A stretch of DNA of 32,000 nucleotides, taken from the NCBI GenBank assembly GCA_018985225.1, contig JADGIF010000001.1, positions 1 through 32,000 of the forward strand. Direction: 5' to 3'. This stretch comes from Amoeboradix gromovi X-113. Its lineage: Eukaryota > Fungi > Sanchytriomycota. The translations under genes and the position numbers were made by a program. Positions 10,562 through 20,300 of the stretch are shown one piece after another. The first letter of the stretch is position 1. Every line of letters starts with the position of its first letter. A model generated the notes under the pieces. It saw only the letters and a program-made list of their open reading frames with translations, did not search any database and was not told the origin of the DNA.

Positions 10562-11990
10562 ATGATTACCTCAGTAGAAAAGCAAAAATTTCATTCTGAC
10601 CATGACTGGTATAAACTTATAACAGAAGATCATTACAAAAATCAAATGTTTCCTCACATATTTCCAGCGGATTTTCAAGAGGAAATTGGATTCGGGATAT
10701 TTTCAGATACTACAGAAGTTCCTTGCTATTTCAATGTGAAAAGTAGATATGACTATACTATGATAACAATAATTCATCCAGATATGATCACTGAACATGT
10801 TGTAGATCCAGTTAGAGTTTCTCAGGGACAAACATCAAACCACAAATCTAAGATCAAAGATAAATTTACTATTAAACCCAAACTAGCAGAGGAGTTGTCT
10901 ACGATGAGCGACTTTAAAGAATATGTTGATCTGAATAACAATACTGTAAATTTCCGGCTTTTGTTTAAGTACTTACTTGTGTCTATGAAAAAATGGAAAA
11001 GTTAAAGATTTCTTTCTTTGGATTCAATCGCTTTGCTACCGCAGGAAAAATTATCCCAAAAATGAAGGAATTTGGTGAAAGAAAAGGTATTCGCTATATT
11101 GTACATGCTGATATCAAGAATTTCTATGACAGTTTTTATTTACATGCAAATTCATGGAGCATTTTAGGGAGTAAAAAGCAAGTAAAGCATTACTTTGTTC
11201 AAAAGAGCTATGGCCCCGTAATTTGGAAACTGGAATCCAAAAATGTATGGATGGTGCAACTGTAGGATTGCCGATTGCTCAAACTATTTTTTCGCACTTT
11301 GCAGAGCTATTTCTAATCAAAATGGATGCTCTGCTAGCAGAAAAATGCCCCGAAATAGTCGCTATTAGAGTTGATGATTCCTATTTTATATTTGGAAAGA
11401 CAAAAGATGAATGCTCAAAAATTCTCTTTCAGTTATCCAAACTGTTGAGGTCATACAAATTCTATTTAAATGGTTTAAAGTCAACTTGTGTTGAGAATTT
11501 AACACCTCAAAAGTGGGATGACTTGATGGTAAAGCCAAAAGCTTGCGAGGAAGTAGTAAACATGTTCAGATTGCCTCAAGGTCAACAAAACGAGTGTTCT
11601 ATTAAGTTACTTCTTGATCATCAATTTCTCTGTCAATGGTTTATAGAAGATTGGGATGTAGAAACGGAAGAGGATTTATTAACACGGCTATTGCAGGATT
11701 TTCCGTCCACCCACGTTGCGATTTTTAAAAAAATAATTGATCATGAACTAGCTCAAAAGTTTGTCTCTGTATTTTTCAAAAGAAATGAGTATTTGTATGC
11801 AACTCATCCAACCATCCAATTAATTTGGTGCTTATGGGTTTGTTTTAAGAGAAGCTTGAGAATTGGTAATTATTCCAGTAAAATTAGAGAGCTAGACGAT
11901 CCGTTGATCAACTTGTTAATGGATATGATCGAAAAGAAACCCACTTCTAAACCATATGGGTATTTTAAAAAGCTAGTAAATAATATATAG
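10562..11990 (+). pseudogene. Bacterial-type defence-associated reverse transcriptase (Drt3b/AbiA/AbiK-like), about 476 aa after correcting two -1 frameshifts
   Basis: Collinear motifs across three overlapping ORFs: VPCYFNVK...ITIIHP; ISFF...HADIKNFYDSFYLHANSW; NLETGIQ...TVGLPIAQTIFSHFAELFLIKMD; IRVDDSYFIF; FYLNGLKS. Confidence 0.8.
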
Positions 11991-12851
11991 CTCTATCAGA
12001 TATCTAATATGATTTATTAACTGAGTTCTTTCTTTCAAATACTTGCAACATTTTATTTTACCTGGCTATATTCTAAATTATGTTGATCTAGCTGAGAAGT
12101 ACGCAAGTAGTTCACGTTCTGCAAAAAGATATTTAGATTTAAGAAAAGCTCTTAATGTGACAATATTCATTTATTTCTAGAAACAATGATCAAAGGTGTA
12201 AATGATATTCCACAAAATCTCAATGCCAAGATACGTCGTCACGAATCATTTGATCATTCTATTTTTCATTTACTATTGTGGATTTGTCATCCCAAAGGTT
12301 CATCTTTTCATTCAGAGAGACAAACAGCATCTGGCAGATCTGATTCATACTATTGCAAAAAATATAGACACGGAATTGAGTTCAAAGGACCCACCAGTTC
12401 AGACCTGAGTATGACTAGTCGCTATTGGTGTCAATTTGAACAAATAAAAAATTTGAAAATAACAGATTAATAATTACAGCCAAAATTGCTGGAGAAACTC
12501 GCGAGAATCAAGAACGATACTATCAAGAATGGAAAGAACGAAATTTCCCTGTTACATGTGATATTTACAATGCTGCACAATTTCAAGACGAATCCAAGTA
12601 TAATGAATTTGGAATTGAAGATTTCGGAAAATCGTTTTTTGGGAGCAATAGCGTCTCATGGAAATTCTCAAAACCATATTGGTGCAAATATTAAAACAGA
12701 CTGGAAGCGATTGAATGAATAAGTAAATATTGAATTTTCATTAATTTTACTTTTTGATTGGGTTGTGGATTTTATCTAATAATTTTAGCGTTTTTGGACT
12801 TTTGACTTTAGTCTCGATTATCTCAAAATCATATTTTGCTAACTTGTCTAC

Positions 12852-12980
12852 TTATTGTACTTTGTGTCCCATATTTCTTGCTGCCATATTTTCTTTTTGT
12901 GCTAGTAAATGACAGTTTGTACATTCAAATATCCACATTGGGTTTCCATCTCTGCGCATTCCTCAATTAAACGCTTGAAT
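12852..12980 (-). pseudogene. Fanzor2/TnpB C-terminal remnant
   Basis: 12935..12852 translates WIFECTNCHLLAQKENMAARNMGHKVQ*, which aligns with YTCTNCHLKIDRDHMAARKI of the 16954 ORF and is also similar at DNA level. Confidence 0.65.
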
Positions 12981-13252
12981 ACGCTCCTCCGACTACTCTC
13001 TAGCCCTTTGTCATAGATGGGAAAAATAGAATACCTTAGCTTGATTCACCTAGAAAATTATTGTGAGAGGTTTATAAGTGCGATAAGACTAATTATATCG
13101 CGATAAATGATTTACTCAACAAGAATTAACGCCTATCAGGTGGAAAACAACCATTAAAGTTTATGCATAATGCTCTAATAGCATATTACGTCTTCTAAAT
13201 GGGCTAATTAGAACTGAGAAAGGGTTTGCGCTGTTAAGATTCTGATTGAAAC

Positions 13253-14504
13253 ATGAATTCAAATATTTCAAATATTTTAATTGAAGCTTCTAAATATCCA
13301 GAAATTGAGTCTAAGCAAATCAAAAAGTTGACAAAGCTGATTAAATTTGTATTTCCAGAGTCCAATATATCTCTGAACAAAAAGGGACTTGGTAAAATCA
13401 AAATACACGAAGTTGACATTATAATCCTAGTAAATCCAGAAACTACTTTTTCAGCAGACGAAATTCACCAGCTTAAAGGATTTGTAAGAGGCAAAGGACA
13501 TTTGGTGTTATTTTCTCAGCCACCGAATATCACAGTTTTAAATAATTTGAATTCTATCTTTGAGGAATATCATTTTAAGCTTTACGATGATCAGGTAATT
13601 AGAACTACCTATAAAAATGGATACTATCACCCTAAAGTGGCATACATCTCCGATGGAGCTATTAACCGTTCTCTTCCTCTGTACTTCAAAAAAGAAAAAA
13701 CTGACTTTCAAATTCTACTTCCGTATGGTCATACTATCAGTTGTGGGTTTCCATGTGTTCCTATTATGGGTACAGGCTCTCACTGTTATCCTGTTAATAG
13801 ACCTGTTTGTGGTGTTTACGACTCTCAAACTGGTGGAAAAGTTGTATTATGTGGCAGCTATCAAATTCTACTTGACAAGTTCATCGATAGTAATGATAAC
13901 TCCAAATTTATAGAATATCTATTCCAGTATTTAAAGAATGAATCGAAGTTGAATGAGTTAGACATTCGTGATCCTGGCATTAATGAATACCAACTGGTAC
14001 CAAATATCAAAGAACTTAGCACTCAGTTCCAGTATGGCATTGAAGAATCAGAATCTGTTGATTCTGAGGTGTTAAAACTACACAAAAAGGACTTATTTCA
14101 TATAGGCACTGATTCTGTTTCCACTATTAAACAAGTGTGTGGCAGCTTGCAAATAGCCATTGAGCCTCTGGAGCTAATTCGTCCAGAATTTTCAGCTCCG
14201 GTGCCATTATTGAAATTAGCTTTATTTCATCCTACAATGAGAACAACACTTCCAGCCCCATTGGAGTTGTTCGATTTGGATGAGCATTGTGCTAGCGATC
14301 AAGAAAAACTAGGAATGCTTGTCAACAAATGTATTTTTTTCTCACTTAGGCACTGATGAGGATTTAGAATATTTTATTCTTGAAGCTGCAAACATATTAT
14401 CAATAGATGAGCATCTAAAAACGCCAATTAGTATACTTAAACATGTTTTATTTGAATGTATTAAATGGAAGATGAACGATTCCACATCCATAGCAAGAGA
14501 TTAA
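13253..14504 (+). CDS. IFT52: Intraflagellar transport protein 52; two exons (13253..14330, 14350..14504)
   Basis: Motifs YYHPK, DGAINR, YPVNRP and PAPLELFDLDE. Splicing gives NKCTDEDLEYFI. Confidence 0.92.
14331..14349 (+). other. 19-nt spliceosomal intron
   Basis: Sequence GTATTTTTTTCTCACTTAG with a CTCAC branch-like motif. Splicing restores the IFT52 C-terminus. Confidence 0.9.
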
Positions 14505-14519
14505 AAATAAATACTCTGC

Positions 14520-15560
14520 TTAGTCCTTTCTAGATCGTATACGCCTCATCATATTTATGAAGTTGAACAAGCCGACGGAAAATGCAGTTCCTATACTAAA
14601 GTAACTAACGTACCAAAACGCATTAAGATTTTCTTCAAATCCAGTCAGTAAATTCATACCAAACAAAGTACTAAACAATGCGCCGGTAGATGCACTAGCA
14701 GATAAGATCGTCAACTTCAATTCTAATATAATAAGATCATTTCTTTCACTATCCAGCGTGATATTTACAATACCCTCAGTTGTTGCAACTTGTTTTTGGA
14801 GTTCAGCTGTCAATTGTAATACTTCTTCAATTCTGCTTACATAAGATTCTAACAACAGCTCAATCTCAGTATGGTTGTTATCCCCTACTCTCAATCGGGA
14901 AAACTTGTCTGGATGAATTTTCTTTTCCGATATGTACAATTCAGCTAAGTCTTCATCATTTTCCAACAGTTCGCTTAAGCTGCGAGAAAACGGTTCCACC
15001 TTTTGAAGAAAAGAGTTCAGTTCCTTAGAATGATACAAGAGACTCATCAGATCTTTTCTACTAATCTTATTCTGTTTTTGAAAGCTGTCCAGTATTTGCT
15101 CTACAGGAGTAGAAATAAGTTTTAAATCTTCTTGAAGGTCTACAGCATAAGACTCCAGCATCACTTCGAGTATTTTAAATTCGTACGGAAGTGGATCAGT
15201 GGGGTCACTCAACTTATTCTCCAAGGAAAACATTAGTTGAGACAGCTTTTCTAATTCCAAAGTAGTTTGCGGTTCAAAAAGTAGCATTCTATTATGACTT
15301 ACAACAGCCTTGATACTTTCCAGTGATATAATAATTGCTTCTTCACGAACTAGCAAACTCGGATAAGTTTTAATTCTGCTATCCACTTTTCTCAAATCTC
15401 GAGGCTGCAGCCCAAAACTAGCACATAAATCCAATTTGCTAGATTGAATGTTACTTTTCTTACCAGACTCGTCGAACTCTGTGCATTTTAAATTGAATTG
15501 AATCTTGGGTGGAGTAACTGCCATAAACCTTCGAATGAATCTTGACGAGGTAAAGTTCAT
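14520..15560 (-). CDS. MRS2: Mitochondrial CorA-family Mg2+ transporter Mrs2/Lpe10
   Basis: Motifs LQPRDLRK, LPYEF, EIELLLESY, LDSERN and FGMNL, with two C-terminal TM helices. Confidence 0.92.
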   Translation of the reverse strand: MNFTSSRFIRRFMAVTPPKIQFNLKCTEFDESGKKSNIQSSKLDLCASFGLQPRDLRKVDSRIKTYPSLLVREEAIIISLESIKAVVSHNRMLLFEPQTTLELEKLSQLMFSLENKLSDPTDPLPYEFKILEVMLESYAVDLQEDLKLISTPVEQILDSFQKQNKISRKDLMSLLYHSKELNSFLQKVEPFSRSLSELLENDEDLAELYISEKKIHPDKFSRLRVGDNNHTEIELLLESYVSRIEEVLQLTAELQKQVATTEGIVNITLDSERNDLIILELKLTILSASASTGALFSTLFGMNLLTGFEENLNAFWYVSYFSIGTAFSVGLFNFINMMRRIRSRKD

Positions 15561-15594
15561 CCTGTTTCAAACTACAAGTTAGAAATACTAATTG

Positions 15595-15915
15595 AAACAC
15601 CTTGTTCCCTAAAAAAACAAGGACTCGCTTAGATGCTGCGTGCCAGCGACCTGTTGCAACAGTATCTGAAGTCGCTGGAACTCTGACGTGGGATTGAATA
15701 GGGATGTGTATATTTCAAGTGTGCTCTTCACTGCCATGTGGCCTCTCGAGCCAGTCACCATTCCAAAGTCTTTGATGGTTTTGGAAGCTGAAAAGTATTG
15801 AGACAAGGCATTGACTTGCTTTTCAGGACCTCTTTGGTTTATTTGACGAGACGTTCGCATGTAAGATCAGCTCTTTTGGCGAGAAGTCTAAGATCCAGGC
15901 GACCCTTGAATCGCT
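15595..15915 (-). mobile_element. Divergent Fanzor2-element remnant related to family A, with a structured right end
   Basis: Minus strand CACATGGCAG...CCCTATTCAATCCCACGTCAG matches family A CATATGGCAG...CCTTATTCAATCCCACCTCAG. RGHMAVKS resembles RDHMAARK. Hairpins at 15643..15678 and 15600..15622. Boundaries approximate. Confidence 0.6.
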
Positions 15916-16123
15916 TTTAAATGCTAGAAGAGCTTTTTCTAGATACTGCTGCAAGGCTATCGCGGCGATAAATAGCTTGTTCTAAAGAAACTACAACCCA
16001 CAAGTGAATTTGGCAAATTGTAGAAGCAAGCTTCTCAATATTATACCACTAAGGCCTTACGCCACTTACGGTTGCTGCCGAATTTCTTCTACCATTCTGT
16101 CCTAATGATGAAGTAAAAGGAGT

Positions 16124-16569
16124 GGGATACCAAATATAAAAACTAGACCAAGTCGTCTTTAAAGTAGGTGCTCCATAAGGAGGAAATACTATTAGTAATA
16201 AAAGTCCTTCTATCAAACCAATTTTCTTTCATTAATGTCATTCCCCTCTTTAAAATATAACAAAATGACCCACCATCTCTTTCAAATATATGAGGTCTTT
16301 GAGTGTCTAAACAAAAGGTGCATTATTTTAGACAATACTCTTTATCTGTTCCATTTCCTTTTCTTCTAACCACCTTTCGTATAACTTATTTTGTTTTCTC
16401 TTGTTCTTATTAGTAATTGTTTCTAAGATTTTGATAGATGAAAAGCGTTTATACTAAAATAGTTTACTCGGATCAATCAGATTAATTTAATTTACTATCG
16501 GTTAATACACTTGATTTAATGATTCAAACTGTTTCAGAAAGTTAGTCTAGTTTTTATATTTGATGTCCC
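16124..16569 (-). mobile_element. Family B copy: non-autonomous TIR transposon (Sola2-like) with a Fanzor1-like remnant
   Basis: 28-bp imperfect TIRs at 16124..16151 and 16542..16569, and a perfect 4-bp TSD GAGT at 16120-16123 and 16570-16573. Internal CTFCLDTQRPHIFERDGG...MKENWFDRR is homologous to 30520..30727. Confidence 0.85.
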
Positions 16570-16733
16570 GAGTGTTTTTCTACGAGATCTCCGATATATC
16601 TTGCTTAAAATATTGCAACGGCATATCTTTTGTGCTTAAATTTATCATCTACTATTGTATAAGTCTGCTTCTTATACCACGTTCCCATATTTCTATTGTG
16701 ACTACTTTTATAAGCGCTCAGTGGAAGTCCACC

Positions 16734-17337
16734 TTATAGTAACGGCTTGACTATTTTCTTGAATAAATAATTTATTGCGAATTTGTACATATTTTTGTAT
16801 CATTTCAAGACTTTTCCAGATTTTTTTAACACCTTAAACACTCGATATTCTTCCTTTTCGCAAATGGTAAATCAATTCTAAATAAATAACTAGCAGGTAC
16901 AGCATAAAAAGACAAATGATCTTATATACTTACCCTCGTTCAATACGAGCCAGATGCTAAGTAGCTTGTCGAGCAAGGTCGCAAGAAACTTGGCTACAAT
17001 GTCCCATTACACATTCAAGCAACGCTTGAAGTTCAAGTGTAAAAAAAGAGGAAAGACGATGGTCGAATGCAATGAACCATTTACTAGTCAGACATGTACA
17101 AGGTGTGGTACTCTAAAGAAAACCAATTTAGAAACATACACATGTACCAATTGTCATTTGAAGATAGATAGAGACCATATGGCAGCAAGGAAGATATACA
17201 TCAAGTATCTGTATCCTTATTCAATCCCACCTCAGGGTAGTGCAAGCGTGAGCAGTCACTGCAACGGAGATCTAGTACGGATAGTTTCTCTGTGGAAATT
17301 CTCGATTTTCTCGGAAATCAGTACTTTTAACGAGGAG
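16734..17337 (+). mobile_element. Family A copy 1: internally deleted IS607-type Fanzor2 element
   Basis: 5' region shared with copies 2 and 3. Contains the Fanzor2 C-terminal half LIYLPSFNTSQM...SHYTFKQRL...NEPFTSQTCTRCG...CTNC...DRDHMAARKI and the right end TTTTAACGAGGAG. Left boundary approximate. Confidence 0.88.
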
Positions 17338-17340
17338 TAA
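16921..17340 (+). pseudogene. Truncated Fanzor2/TnpB nuclease (RuvC-II, zinc finger, RuvC-III; RuvC-I missing)
   Basis: LPxF, HYxF, ExxTSxxCxxCG, CxxC and DRD motifs. Confidence 0.85.
17225..17337 (+). ncRNA. Putative Fanzor omegaRNA scaffold (copy 1)
   Basis: Right end conserved in three copies, with hairpins GTGA-GCAG-TCAC, GTTTC..GAAAT, GATTT..AAATC and CTCG..CGAG pairing. 5' start is a guess. Confidence 0.6.
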
Positions 17341-17394
17341 TAACAGCGTTAGTGTGAAAATTCACAAATCCGTAAAAGCTTATTGCAATAAAGA

Positions 17395-20300
17395 TCATTT
17401 ATTTATAAATCTTTTGCCTTTTATACTAAAAGACTCCTTGGAATTAAACTCATTCTTAAATTCATAATCTCCAGCTGTAAACACGACCTCAAATAGAGAC
17501 AAGTTCAATACATCCCCTATACAGTTCATTTCTACCGCATCTTCGTTGTAATACTCATGCAAAATGCCATTTAGCTGTATTAACAATGGTTTGATTACAA
17601 ACTTGTAAGGTATTACATGTAGTACTCCATTCAGCAGCAAATTTGCAAAACCTTTCATCACAGAACTAGGGTTAATGACTTTGCAACGAAAGCATGCTCT
17701 GTTGTTGTATTTTATGTATTTTATACTGCAGTCTTCATCGACAAATGGTAGAACTACAATTCTACTTTCCTGCATTGGAATATAGAATTCAAATTCAGAA
17801 CACGGGTACTGTATTTGCTTCGTAATGCATTCAAATGACTGCCTAGGCAGCGTTATTTGCGGTATATTTAGTGATGTTCTATATCCAAATTCATCTGTTA
17901 CTAATGCATTTGTGAAATTAGATACAAACACAACATTTTTAAAGTATTTCGGGAACCCGTCTTCTATTAACAAGTGCTTTGGATGATTTATAGTTAACTT
18001 GATTAGCTCACTTCTGAAATATTCTGTTTTGACTATTTTTGCTTCAAACGGTAATGCTTTGTTCTCTATTGTTATAAATTGTTTAAATTTGCAATTTCTA
18101 TATATACATGCAATTTTTACGGATCGGATTGCTCGGCCCGCTTCATTGCCACTGAGAACTTGTAAACTTATAGCTTTGGTCTCGTTTGGGCCCAGTTTTA
18201 GTGTTTTGCTCATTTTACAATATTTGGGACTCTCAAATTGTACTTTCAATACTTTATCAAATGGATTTGAGACAATTAGTTCAACTTTATTTGCTGTATT
18301 GGGGATCAAGTGCACATCTAGTTTACTGTTTATAATCAGTTGTGGGTGTATTACTGTTCCAGTAATTGGTATACTTTTGATAACCTTATTTTTCAAATAA
18401 ATCAGTACACTTCCGTCATAGTTACCTGTCAGTTCAAGCACAACCATGATTGTGATTGATATGTTTGGTATCAATTTAATTCTCTTCGCATTTACTATTA
18501 TTTTGTCATCTGTTGTTTTTATAACTATTTCTCTTGCTATAATACCTTTGTTGGTTAAAGTCAGTGATTTAGTCAGATCTGAATTGCTAGCTACCTTCCC
18601 ATATATCAAATCCCCAACTATCTCTACCGGTTCGTTCTCCACAAGAGCTAGAAATGATATGCTACCTATTTCTACGTTGTTCCAAAATAATTTAATTTCT
18701 ATCAAGTGTGCTCTGTTTTCGTCGAACACGTGTTGAACTGCTATGTTACTGTTTAAAGTGTATTCAATTTTATGAATCAGTAACGTATCTACACTAATCT
18801 CTAAAACACATACCAAATCGCAATCGAAAGATGCATATATGACAAAATTTGATATCGCCATAGTTACCAGCGCATCGTAATCACATCTTATTACTGGTTT
18901 TGGATTTTCAAATTCTCCCTCGACATGTAGTGTTTCTTTTTTACTATTAATTATGTCAAATGAATATTCTCCCGCTGCTGTTGGATGTATTTTGATCGAT
19001 AAATCAGTTTCCTTGTAAACCAGGCACTCTGAAAAAGTGCTATTAATCGTAATAGGTCCATTTATGTTTATTATATCTAAATATTCCCTATTAATGTAAT
19101 TATTATCAGACACCAATTTAAAATTGTATACAAAATCATAAATTATGCATGTAACAGTAGGGCCGCTATTTGATTTTTCGAGTCTAGTGTTAGACTCAAC
19201 TGTACAAAGATCAATGGCTTTCCTACCTAACTCACCCCATTTACTAGAAGCTATAATGGTTATGGAAGAATCCCTAACCTTAAATATTCTTAGCATTCCA
19301 TTATTCAGTTCTATCTCCGAGTTATGTGGTAGTAGCATTAACTCTACAGTACTATGAACCTTGGATGCCACGACCGGAAATGACAAGAGGGACACAAATG
19401 TGTCTGTGATATTAGAGGGGCATTCTATTTCGACTTTTGGTGTAGTGAAATTACAGCTGACATTCTTGTTGATCACCTCGTCTGTGCCTTCAAATTTTAC
19501 TTTGATGTTGACAGTTTTAGATCCTTTCAATTCACTGAAAACTTTAACAAAAAGACTGTTACTCTCAGAAGGATTTAGGTACCCAGATAAGCTGTTTTCT
19601 GAGAGTATACTCGAGGTGCAACTCAATACTATTTCGTATGATAAGCCGATTTTATTACTTAAATTCACAATAGAGAGTGGAATAGAGTACTGTATACCAA
19701 CTACGCAATCAAACGAATCACTGATATTTAGCCTACCTTCAGGACCTATCGCGCTTGCACACAACTCTATAATAAGTGGAAATTCTAAGCCAGTACAGAA
19801 CAGTGAAAACAAACTCCTAAATTCGCCGCTTCTAGTGGGCGAGAACACAGCTTCTAGTTTACTGAAAGAATGAGGATACAAAGTGGTGTCTGATTGATTT
19901 AAACCCAGTTGAAGAGAATCCAAAGGTTTCTTGATGGCAATATCCCAAGGACGAGCTAGGGATTTTAGTTTGTTAAGTTCCGCTTTACTCGAAGCATTAC
20001 AGATGAACTTTGGCACTGAGGAATTACCGGATTGAACGCTGTAATTTACAATGTAGTTTGAGTTATTTTTAATCCAAATTGATTGCTGACTAGATCTTTG
20101 AGAATCAATAGTAGGAAATTTCAACAAATTACTTGATAATTCCACATCTAGCAATATAGAAACGCCAGATATACTAACACTATGAACAGTAGATAACCTA
20201 CTCTCAAAAAATAAATAGGATTCACTGAAGCTGCCTAGCGCCTTTATTTTAATTAAGAGTTGAACTTCATGACTAGAATTGGGAGCGACTACTATTGTAA

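Noticed and set aside
10979-11001. 23-nt GT..AG segment that would fix the first RT frameshift if it were an intron
   Set aside because: It lacks the GTA start, branch motif and YAG end shared by all five real introns.
17999-19873. Several plus-strand ORFs of 70-170 aa, and similar antisense ORFs over other genes
   Set aside because: They are shadow ORFs antisense to long real genes and have no motifs.
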